Below are positions 9,840 through 20,679 of a stretch of DNA of 64,000 bases, piece after piece (position 1 is the stretch's first letter; the number at the start of each line of letters is the position of its first letter). Location: positions 1 to 64,000 of the forward strand of contig OZ237764.1 of the NCBI GenBank assembly GCA_965178125.1, in the 5' to 3' direction. Under the pieces are notes generated by a model. It saw only the letters and a program-made list of their open reading frames with translations. It ran no database searches and was not told the DNA's origin. Made by a program: the position numbers and the translations under genes. The DNA comes from Bilabrum cf. latius (lineage: Eukaryota).

Positions 9840-12251
9840 ATGGATCAGTCGATTGCCTCTCTGTCAAAATCAACGCGTGGTGCCGGCTTTGGCTCCCCGA
9901 TTCGTGCTGGAGCCCCACCAGAAGCCAGTTTACGAGCATCCAAGCGGGGCGTGACAGTCGAGGAGCTGTTCACGACGCTGGCAGACCCGGCCGAAGACCC
10001 TAGGGCCCTTCGACAACTCACGCCGCGATCCGCCGAGGCATGCCTGCGGGAGGGCGTGAACCCGAACGATTTGATGCTGCGCGACATTGCCTATTTTGAG
10101 GAGCACGGCCTCGACCCCGCGGCTCAGGGGCTCCGGCACGAGATGTACAGCAAGCTGCGCCACGAGAAGATGAGGGCGGTGCGGGCGGCACGCGAAGAGG
10201 TAGTCCGCGAGCGGCGCGCGGAGAGGCGAAAGCGGCAGCGCGGTGCTGCTGATACGTCTCCGGGGGGCATGAGCCAGCGCAGCGGGTTCGGCGGCAGCGT
10301 TTCGGGCGGCGCCGCCGGTGCCGAGGACTTGATCGCGCAGGAGCAGCAGCGCCTGGAGCGGCTCAAGGCGAAGCAGGTGCAGGAGGTGGAGGTCATGCTG
10401 CAGCAGGAGATGCGCATGGCCGCGATCCGCGCCAGGGGGGAGCGGAAGGCGAAGGAGGACGCGGAGAGGCAGGCCAGGCGGGAGCGGGAGCGGGCTAGGA
10501 CGAAGGCCGCCGCCGCCGAGCAGGCCAAGCTCAAGGACCTCAAGCGGCAGATGCAGCTGGAAAAGGAAGAGAAAATCAAGCAGCGCATGATGCAGGCGGA
10601 GCGCGAGCGGCAGAAGAAGATAGCCCGAGAGGCACTCCGCAAGGAGAAGATCGCGCGCGCCCAGGCGGAGCGCAAGGAGAAGGAGCGCCGCCAGAAGCAG
10701 GCAGAGTTCAGGGCGCACACGGAGGCCATCTAGGCGCAGAAGCAGGCGGAGATACGAGCCAAGCTCACGGTGATGCAGCGCAAGGAGGCAGAGCGGGAGA
10801 GGGCCCGCCAGGACTCGCTCGCCAGGAGGCGCAGGGCCAAGGAGGAGAAGGCCATCGCGCAGCAGCGGAGGCTCCGGTCCCGGCTGCAGGCGGCGGAGGA
10901 GAAGGAGGAGGCCCGGAAGCGGGAGATCTTGATGAAGCAGCGGGAGGTGCGGCGCAGGCAGGAGGAGCGCGCGGCGGAGGAGGAGGCGGAGAGGGAGCGG
11001 CAGGCGAGGGAGCGCGAGCTGGAGGAGAAGAAGAGGCAGATCGTGCTGGAGCAGGCCAAAAAGGAGGAGGAGAAGAAGGCCGCCCTGCTGCGGGCCAAGG
11101 CCGAGGCGGAGGAGGAGATGGTGGCCAAGGCCAGGGCGGACAAGGCCAGGGAGGTGGTGCTGCGAAGGGAGCAGAAGCGGCTGCAGCAGCAGGCCAAGCT
11201 GGACGCGGTGGAGCGGCAGCGGCGCAAGGAGGAGTTCCGGCGGCTCAAGACGCTGCAGGAGATCGAGGCCAGGCAGCGGCGCACCGAGGAGATGGTGCGC
11301 CAGCGGCAGGAACTCTTCGACCTGCGCAAGCGCGTGGCCCGCGAGACGGCCCAGCAGCGGGAGAAGGTCTCGCAGGTCATGGAGGCGGCCCGCAGTGCAA
11401 AGAACTTCTCACAGGCGGCCACGCTGCTCAAGAAGGAGCTGGGCATCGATGTAGCGGCGGGAAAGCTGGCCGAGATGCAGGCCGCGGCCGAGGCACCGGC
11501 TGCGGGCGGCCCCAGCGACCAGCACCACCACTCCTCCCCCGGGTCGAGGCACGACCTGGAGGTCTCACCGCGCTCCGAGGCCGAGGGGGGACGCGGCACC
11601 GGGGCGGGCCGGGCCACCACGCCGTCGCACGCGCTCAGGGCGCTGGACGCCGTGCCCAGCCCGGGGGGAGACGGCGGATCGCACAGCGGCTGGTCCGCGT
11701 CGGGCGGGGTGGGGTTCCGCGGGAGGAAGAGCACGGGCAGGGGCAGGGGCAGGGGCAGGGGCAGGGGCGGCAAGCAGACGGGCCGGCCGGGGCACCGTGG
11801 AGGCGGCGTGGGCGTTCCGACGGTGAGCGTGGACGCGCGCGTGCCGCTGTCCGCCGGCGAGATCTCCTCCCTGGAGCAGCAGGAGAGGGCGGCGCAGAGG
11901 GACGCGGCCAGGTACACGGCGGCTGCCGCGGCGGTGGCGGAGGAGACGCAGAGGATGCACGGGCACAGCGGGGCAGGGGCGGGAGCGGGGGCGGGGGCGG
12001 GGCGCCCTGGGGCCGGGAGGAGCGCGCTGGCTGCTGCGGGTGGGAGCGTGCTCTCGAGCGGTGGGCCGGGGTACGGCGCCATGGTGTCTCCGTACGAAGG
12101 CGGCACGGGCGCAGGAGGGGCGGTGGCGTTGGGTGCCGGGGACGGGCCCCGCGGCCACGCTGGCGGCAGCTTACACGGCGCGGGTGGGGGTCATCATGAT
12201 GGCGGCGGGGTGACCATGCCTGCGTTTGCGACGGTCACCGGAGGCAGGTAA
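9840..12251 (+). CDS. Long coiled-coil protein of about 803 aa, possibly flagellar or cytoskeletal; one in-frame TAG
   Basis: ORFs 9840..10733 and 10770..12251 share a frame, and the E/K/R/Q coiled coil runs straight through TAG 10731-33 (EAI[TAG]AQKQAEIRAK); ends at TAA. Confidence 0.8.
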
Positions 12252-12315
12252 GGGGTATGGGCGCGGTCGGGGATTGTTTGCCAGACACGGCTTGCCGGAC
12301 ATCGTTCGAATCCAA

Positions 12316-12545
12316 CAATGCCCTCACTGAGGCCCACAATGCCCTCACTAGCCAAGAATGCCTCGCTGAGGCCCACAATGGCCTCACTGAGGCCCACAAT
12401 GCCCTCACTGGCCCAGAGATGCGATGCAATTCTGGGCCGGTGAGGCGATTCTGGGGAAGTGAGGCGATTTTGGGCTAGTGAGGCCATTGTAGGGCATTGT
12501 AGGCCATTGTAGGCCAGTGAGGGCATTCTGGGCCAGTGAGGCAAT
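12316..12545. repeat. Degenerate copies of the 19-bp satellite, with an orientation switch near 12425
   Basis: CCTCACTG(A/G)...C-type units at 12316-12418, then TTCTGGGCCAGTGAGGC-type units at 12430-12545. Confidence 0.75.
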
Positions 12546-12567
12546 TAAGAATGAATGTGGAATCCAA

Positions 12568-13538
12568 CAAGGCAAAAATGAAGGACGAGCCTTGAATACG
12601 GCGGCCGGGAATCGTGGCTCGCCCGCGCAGGTGACCCCAGCCCACTCCCGCCCCCCTCGGTGCGGGCAGCGGCAGGCACCTAGCCAGGCAGCCCGACAAG
12701 GCAAAAATGAAGGACGAGCCTTGAATACGGCGGCCGGGAATCGTGGCTCGCCCGCGCAGGTGACCCCAGCCCACTCCCGCCCCCCTCGGTGCGGGCAGCG
12801 GCAGGCACCTAGCCAGGCAGCCCGACAAGGCAAAAATGAAGGACGAGCCTTGAAATCTACGGCGGCCAAGAATCGTGGCTCGCCCGCGCAGGTGACCCCA
12901 GCCCACTCCCGCCCCCCTCGGTGCGGGCAGCGGCAGGCACCTGGCCAGGCAGCCCGACAAGGCAAAAATGAAGGACGAGCCTTGAATACGGCGGCCGGGA
13001 ATCGTGGCTCGCCCGCGCAGGTGACCCCAGCCCACTCCCGCCCCCCTCGGTGCGGGCAGCGGCAGGCACCTGGCCAGGCAGCCCGACAAGGCAAAAATGA
13101 AGGACGAGCCTTGAATACGGCGGCCGGGAATCGTGGCTCGCCCGCGCAGGTGACCCCAGCCCACTCCCGCCCCCCTCGGTGCGGGCAGCGGCAGGCACCT
13201 GGCCAGGCAGCCCGACAAGGCAAAAATGAAGGACGAGCCTTGAAATCTACGGCGGCCAGGAATCGTGGCTCGCCCGCGCAGGTGACCCCAGCCCACTCCC
13301 GCCCCCCTCGGTGCGGGCAGCGGCAGGCACCTGGCCAGGCAGCCCGACAAGGCAAAAATGAAGGACGAGCCTTGAATACGGCGGCCGGGAATCGTGGCTC
13401 GCCCGCGCAGGTGACCCCAGCCCACTCCCGCCCCCCTCGGTGCGGGCAGCGGCAGGCACCTGGCCAGGCAGCCCGACAAGGCAAAAATGAAGGACGAGCC
13501 TTGAATACGGCGGCCGGGAATCGTGGCTCGCCCGCGCA
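12568..13538 (+). repeat. 129/132-bp tandem repeat (7 full units plus a partial) containing the 3' end of the tRNA-Gly gene
   Basis: Units start at 12568, 12697, 12826, 12958, 13087, 13216, 13348 and 13477; each carries TACGGCGGCCGGGAATCG or a close variant; a degenerate extra copy lies at about 13778-13872. Confidence 0.92.
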
Positions 13539-13649
13539 TTGAACCCCGGGACGGGCGGGGGACGGGCCCCGCGGCCGCGCTGGCGGCAGCTTACACGGCG
13601 CGGGTGGGGGTCACGGTCACCGGAGGCAGCTAATGGGTGTGGGTGCAGC

Positions 13650-13770
13650 ATGGCCTCACCAGCCCGGAATGGCCTCACTGGCCCAAAATGCCCTCAAGGG
13701 CCTACAATGGCCTCACTGGCCTACAATGGACTTACTGGTCCAGAATCGCCTCTCTGCCAGTGGCCCAGAA
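13650..13770 (-). repeat. Degenerate 19-bp satellite copies in reverse orientation
   Basis: GGCCTCACTGGCCCAAAAT, GGCCTCACTGGCCTACAAT and CTGGTCCAGAATCGCCTC units. Confidence 0.7.
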
Positions 13771-14808
13771 CCGGCAGTCGTGGCTCACCCGCGCAGGCAT
13801 TCCCAGCCCCCCGGTGTGGGAAACGGCAGGCACCTGGCCAGGCAGCCAACAAGGCTAAATGAAGTTCGAGCCGCATCGCTGGCCCCACAGCTGCCTCACA
13901 ATGGGGGGCCCGCTTACCCTGCCAGCAGTGCCTAGCAGTGTCCTGCACCAGTGAGTGGTTTGCCTAGATCTATTGGCAACGCCACTTTCGCAGTGCCCAT
14001 GCTGTTGCATTCTAAATTTGCGTGCACCCATCCTGAATGAATCGACGACTTATTGACGACTACTAGCATCCTAGCCGGCGGCTTTTCGCGCACCCTGATT
14101 GCAAAGTCGAGCCAGCACTAGCATGCCAGTAGTTGGATGCACAATTTCTTCAAGAGTCCGTGCCAGGTCCGTATCGCATGATCGCCATACATTGGTATTT
14201 GTGTGTTGATTGCAATAAAGTCCTGGCTTTATGCGTGGCGCCAGTCGCTTTATGCATAGCCGAACGCTGAATGTCGGATGCAGCAAAACATTGTCTTGAT
14301 GGTGCGCCTGCGAGCGCCAGTATTCCAGCCAGGCGGCTGGAAAGTATGGTGTGTAAAGATCTACCTAACGCATGTCTATGTAAGTATCCAGAAGTTTCAG
14401 CTCAACCGTCATCGAACCGGCCATCAGCAATGGTTGAAGCACGAGACAAGATAGCTTGCGGTTGACCACGAGTACCGAGCGTCATCAACAGGCTAATATG
14501 GAACGAGGTGCAATGCGTGGAATCAAGAAGCCGTAGCGAGTCCTCCTGAATCCGACGGCCGATGCCTGAGGTAGATCTAGCATCAATCGCTCGCGCGAGA
14601 GGCAGGAAGCCTTGTTAAAAGCTTCCAGCTTCCGTCGGTGGAATCATGTTATCATTGTGATGCACTTCGACGGGCCTACGCCGTCTTTGGGACTAAAGTT
14701 CGAACGTCCCCTTGCGACCATCCGCTGGAGTGAGCATCTGCGCAGCGCTGCTTCGATGCCGCGACAAGCTCACATTTCCAATCCTTCGGCTCAAACAGAA
14801 GCCAAGCG

Positions 14809-17800
14809 ATGGAAAGTAAGGAATATACAGATGTCGCTGTCGGTGCTGCAGCAAGCTATCCAGGGGCGAGAAAGCGTGGCCGAGCAGAGATGAGCAGTTG
14901 CACTTCTGGTGCGAGCATTGCTAAAGTCGATGGAATGGAGGTGAGCGCGATACTACGATGTGCGCATGCAATGATCCATTTTATAACATTTGCGATGCTT
15001 TTGGCTGCACTCGAATTGCGCTCCTACTGTACGATCTGGACCCTGCTGCCGTTGCAGGCCGACGCCGAGCACCGCGACGCGGCGCAGCCATTGCACACGC
15101 CAGCAAGAACAAAGCGAGCGCGAGTCGCCGCATAGACGCGAACACATTTACCCTAGCATGCTGCTTCGCGCGCATCGCCCGGAGTCGTAGCCTAGGGCTA
15201 GCAGCTCTCGGTTGCGAAGCCTCAAGCAGGTGCCAGCGTCGGCGCCGAGCGAGCAGGGAGGCGCGGGGACAGGGGTGGCGAGAGTCCATGGAACCACAGC
15301 GCACCGATCGGTCCCATGGGTAGCCTCGCATCGAGTTTCGCGAATGACGGCCGTCTCCAGCACGCTGCCGAGATGCCGGCGAGATCCGGAGACGTGGAGG
15401 CCGAGCGCGCCGAGCAGATGGCCCTTCGAGAGGCTTCGGGACTGCTGCCGGAGAGCTACGACATGGAGGCGCTCAAGACCGAAGGGGAGGACGAGGACGA
15501 GGACGAGGACGAAGACGAGGAAGAAGGAGGCACGGGGCCGGCGCTCCGCAGCGACTCCATCCGCGGGGGGGTTTGCTTGCGAGCCATGCGAGGGGCGCAC
15601 AACGTGCGGGATATCATGACTTCCACCCTCACCTCGGTCGGGTCAGCTCCAGGAGCGGAAGGCACTCTTCAGTCCAGGCGTGTCGAAGCCGCTGGGAGCC
15701 TGTACGCCACCTCCGCCGGGCTCGAGGCCGGCACGGGCGCACTCGGTGCGAGTAGGCGCGCGTTTACGTGCCTTCACTCGCACGGACCGGACGTCCTGCG
15801 GGCGGCAGGGGTGGAGGATGAAGCTGCCCTCTCGTACAGGAACGAAAATGTGTACCGGGCTTCCAGAGGCACGCAGCGCGAGGCGCACAAGGACTACTGC
15901 GGGATTCTGTCCACCGGCAGCTTGGTGGACGGGATGTCCGGCCTCATTAGCCACGAGGGCGGTGCGAAGGCGGGGCAAGAGTTTTTCGAGGCCTGCCTCC
16001 CGATCGATGATTGCGTTTCCAAGGCGCATCAGTCCCTCCAACTTACCTCGGCGTCCGTTCGGTCGAGGTTCCCTCGCCGCTTCGGGCCAGGACAGGCCCA
16101 GCTGCAGGCAGTCTTCTTTCTTCCGCATGTGTATAAGGAGGAGGACTTACTAGTCATCCGTCGGTCCCTCGAGGGCCAGCCGCAGCCGCATTCATCCCTT
16201 GCGGTACGAGACGTATTTGCGCAAGGTGTGGGGGGAGCTCGAGTCCTGCACCGCGCGGCGACGGATGAGTCCCTGGTCGAAGCCATCCGCTTCCACCGGC
16301 AAGAAGGCCAGGAGCTGCAGGCTAGCGGGGGTGCAGCTGTATCCCACAGCGCTTCGTCATCGTCATTGTCGTCATCATCAGCTTCATCTGCTCCAGGTCC
16401 TGTTTCATCGTCATAGTCTGCTTCGGGGTCTGCTCTAGGGCCTGCCTCAGTGCCCGACGTGTTGGTCATCGATACGTACATTACGCAGCAGACGGTGTCA
16501 ACAGCTTCACAGGTGCGGGCTTCGAATTCCGGAGGTGCTGCTGCGCAGCACGCCAGCAGCACCTCTGCCTCGTCCGCACTGTCGTCGGCTGGTGCCGGTG
16601 CAGGTGCAGGTGCCGGTGCAGGTGCCGGTGCAGGTGCAGGTGCAGATGCTGGTACTGGTGCTTCGACAGCCTCGGATGGTGCAGCTGTGCGTGGCAGCGT
16701 TCGAGCTGGACCCGCATCGTACGGATCAAGCGATCGGCGGGCACCGATCATGTCCACGGCCGCCGCGGTAGCTGCAGGGATGGCTGCTGCTCGTCAGATG
16801 TACTCAGGTATTGGGGGACCTCGCTGCAACCCGCTTGTCACTGTGGTCTACCCTAGAATAGATGACTCGCCGATGTCCCTATCTTCGAGGGTGGTCCTTG
16901 CCCCGGTCGCGGAGGCTCACAAGGAGCCTGGTGCTAACTTGTCGGAACGCAGGGCGTACCGGCCCGACAACTCCCCTGGTGTTGCTGGTAGCTCGGCATC
17001 AGGGGCTGATCCCTGGATCCGGAATTCAGCTGAAGCCAGCACATACCGCTTCACTGAGCTAGAGGCCTTGCTGCGGGCATCAAGTGACGGCGCAGGGAGC
17101 GACGCTCGGCAAGCAGGCAATGGCTGTGCAGCCGAAGACTCCGACGACAAAGCTACATTCACGCACGACGCAGCCGGTGCGAGAAGTGCAGCGATGCATG
17201 CATCGCTTGGGAGCGCCGCTGCTGACAGCAGCATCGACCATGCGAACGAGATACCGACAGGCCCGCCGAGCACAGCTGAGCTGACCCGTGCCCTGCTCTC
17301 GCAACTCGGCCCTGGAAACCCGGAAGCTGGCCGGGTTCACAGCAATGCCGACGGGGCCACCGAAGCCGCGCTCAACGAGGTCTTCGCAAAGAACAGAAAG
17401 CTGAGACGTGCAGCGAGCAAGCTGGTGTCCAAGACCACGCCGGCAGCCGCTGCCTACTTTCTCCTTGTGATGCTGCAGGGGGGAACTGGTGCACGCAAGT
17501 CTATCCGATGGGTGAGGGCGCAGATGCATGCGCAAGAGTCTGGAGCATTCCTCGCTGATGCAATGCTTCCTTACCCACTGCTAGTTCGCCGACCGCTCTC
17601 TCGCTCCCTTCTGTGTCGCAGCTTGTGTATCGAGGGTTCCTGTCGTACTTCAGGCGGCTGATGTAGTACTACTATGCCTAGCAGGCTGTATCACGCAGCG
17701 TTCACGAGACTCGCCTGTTCCAGCGGATTCACAGAAGCGGCGGGCTGCGCGAATCAACAGTCTGCAAGCTCGAAGCCGTTGCCTACTGCCTGGATCAAGA

Positions 17801-20189
17801 CGCCTATACCACAATGACCGGGCTTCCACGAGATCGAAGCAGCAACCGTGGCGCCGTCTGCATGGACTTGGCTGATGACAGCATTGTTGAACTGGGGGGC
17901 GTGTCCGCCATTCTTGAGGCGTGTCTTGCCCGCGTTGCGCTGGAGATGGACCCAACTAGCAGTGGAGCGGATTTGGGCATCCTTTTGGATAGGACTGCGC
18001 AGATGTATGGCTGCATGCGGGCAGCGGAGCAACGAGGTATCTTGCGCAGTCCTCTCAACGTGCTGGCCCACGCCTGCGGTCCTCTGTGGCAGCTCACTCA
18101 AGGCGCCGGGGCGTTGGACGGAACCAGCTGCGGATGCATGGTGTTGCTAGTAGACGTAGCGCTAAGGCTTCTTGGGCGGTACTCTGAGCGAGCCGACCTG
18201 CAGCTCGAACACGATACCGAGATTGTGCGAGATGCCATCGTGGCGGCCGGCATCAGCTTTATGCGAGCTGGACACGCAGTCGGTATCACGCAAAGCAGGT
18301 TAGTTTTCAACAGTCTCAGTGCGATTTGCGGTCGGTCCGACGTGATCAAGGCCCTATTAGCGGTGGTAAGGACTCCGCTTGGTCCTGCGCTCGCTCAGGA
18401 GGCAGCATTCTTGCGAAAAGCTCCAACCACACTACCGTTTTACCGCCACGTGATGAAGCTGTTGGCGTTCTTGGTGCCGCAGCCTGCGATAGCACGGGCC
18501 CTTGCCGCCCTCAGCGATGGCGAATTCTCAGCAGCAAGCATCCGTAATGCACTAGCTCCTGGCCGCGGCGGAGTTGGTGTTTCGAACAAGCACGTCGGCA
18601 CCATGCTAGAGAAAGTCTTTGGTAGGATTCAGGACCCAGCAGTGCAAGCTATTCTCGAGCGTGTTGTAGGTAGGATTCCGGCCGGTCGGAACGATATGGC
18701 ACGCATTACTGGCGCACGTAGCGATGCTGGTTCGGTCCCGCACGAACCAGCTGTTGCACAGATCAGCTCCTAGAGTTCGCGAGCGGCAGAAAGCGAAGAC
18801 TCGTAGGAGATCGATGGCGACATGATATTGATGCAGGACTGGAGAGAGGCAGCGAGGAAGAGGCGGCAGTTCCTCTCGGTGGTGTGGGGCTTTGATCGCT
18901 TTGCAGACGTGGATGAGGGAGTGTTTCCACCCATGTCACCGCCTCGTTAGCGCACCAAGGCCAACTGGGAGGTCGTGGTCAAGCTGGGGCTCGACAAGGG
19001 CTGGACAGACGCAGCGAGCTGGCCTCGCCTCCGCATGGCAGCTGCACCGTCCAGTGGTGCTGGGGCGAGCGTCCAAGCGACTGCGTCTCGTTGCTCGCAT
19101 ACACACCCCGTTTCAGCGACACCTAACACGGCGGTTGAGGCTCACGGTGCGTGTGGAGCGTCTGCCCAGGTTGATCGTGCTGGCAAACTCAGTGCAGCCG
19201 AGGAAATTGAGCAGCAGCCCGAGGGTAGTATAGGCTCGGCCACAAGCGCCCCGGAGCTTCGGGGTCTTGCTCAAGCCATAGGGGGCGAGGTCAGCTTGGA
19301 CTAGCTGATGCCAGCGGGCCCAAGAGTAGCCTTTGGGGGGGGCGTGTAGCTGTCATCCGCAAGTGAGAGCAAGGAATCAGAGGGTCCGGGTGATGGCGAG
19401 AGCAAGGAATAGGACGGATCTGACGAGGACAAAGACGACAACGGTGCCGATGACGATGACGGGTTGGTGGCACGGCGCGCGCCTACAAAGGCACGTGGCG
19501 CATTCCGAGCGTCAGTTCGTCAGCATGCCGCCCAAGCCCGAGAGGTTACGAGGAAACGGAGACATGGCATGCGATATCTCGGTGCAGGTGGTGCTGTGCC
19601 TAGTACCGAGCGTTTTGCAGTTGCGCCGCCGAGACCGAAGCTGGTAGGCCCAGCGGATGCAGCCTGTGTAGCTTTCGCTGTGCGTAATGAGCTCGTGCGC
19701 ATGGGGATTCTATCCAGAAGCGATGCGTACAGCTCGGAGCTGTCCCGACGGCATGCGCTGCTGAACATTGAGCGAAGCCTGGATCTGAACGGCGTCTTCT
19801 TTGAGACTCCCACGGACAGGGCAGATGCGATCATCGCTTGGATGAGGATCGCACAAGCTGCTGCTAGGGTGCACAATTCACGGGGATGGAAGTGTCGCCT
19901 TCTGGCGGCGCTGCGGCGAGGCGAGTCAGCCGCTGGGTGCAGGTTCCTCGCAATGGACTTCAGAAGGCTTGCCCACTGCACGAACCCCATCAGCAGGGCA
20001 ACCTACGCACACGAGATGCTCTAGCGAGCAAGACAACTCGTCACTACGAGAGAAGGCGCGATTCTGGCGCTGGAGCGGGCCCTCTAGATCGCAAGGGAAG
20101 TCTTCCCAGACCCACCACCACCGGGGTTCTGTCACTTCCTGCCGCGGATCAACTTGCCAAATGAGGCTGAACTTCTCGGAGGGCGGTGA
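14809..20189 (+). CDS. Large hypothetical protein of about 1,700 aa; predicted introns 14941-15057 and 17512-17621; many in-frame TAG
   Basis: ORFs 14809, 15316 and 16450 share one frame; ORFs 17814, 18975 and 19464 share another; a GTGAGG...GCAG intron links the two; all internal stops are TAG; TGA at 20187-89. Confidence 0.65.
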
Positions 20190-20679
20190 TGCTCAGTTTG
20201 CGGTGGGCTTGAAGACATACCTTTTTCCTCCTTCATGTGTTGCTGCCAGTCGCCCCACGAGGGTGGGCATCGGTTGGCACGGTCGAATGGACCGGCCCAG
20301 CCAGTGGGGCCAACCTTTTCCTGCATGGAGCCATGGATACCCTCTTCGATAAGGAAACCTCTCATCTCTGCATGGCAGCGTCTGTCCCCCGAGGACCCAT
20401 GGGGTCGTGTGTGAACCCATGCGAACAAAAGGAAACGCATTGTGAATGCTGCGCACTTGCCTTAGAAATGAATTCGAAGAAAGTCCGGCGAGTTTTCCTA
20501 CCCTAACCAACCCCCCCACCGCGCCCATACCCCTCACATTCCTCTGTTTACCCATGCAAAGGCGGGCATGGTCACTCCACTGCCGCAACCGCCGCCATCG
20601 ACCAGCCTACGCATGTCATGTAGGGTTCCACCAGCGTGGCCTCGAAGCCCGCCCCCGGCACCCAGCGTCAAAACCATCC

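Noticed and set aside
12590-12615. LTR retrotransposon primer-binding site
   Set aside because: It is complementary to the tRNA 3' end but lacks the TGG that matches CCA, and no LTR or gag-pol is present.
12405-13678. Overlapping repetitive ORFs on both strands
   Set aside because: Artefacts of the 129/132-bp tandem array, whose unit lengths are multiples of three.
13950-14700. Possible minus-strand gene read through TAG
   Set aside because: A short frame ends at TAA near 14050, but I could not build a consistent exon model or find a motif.
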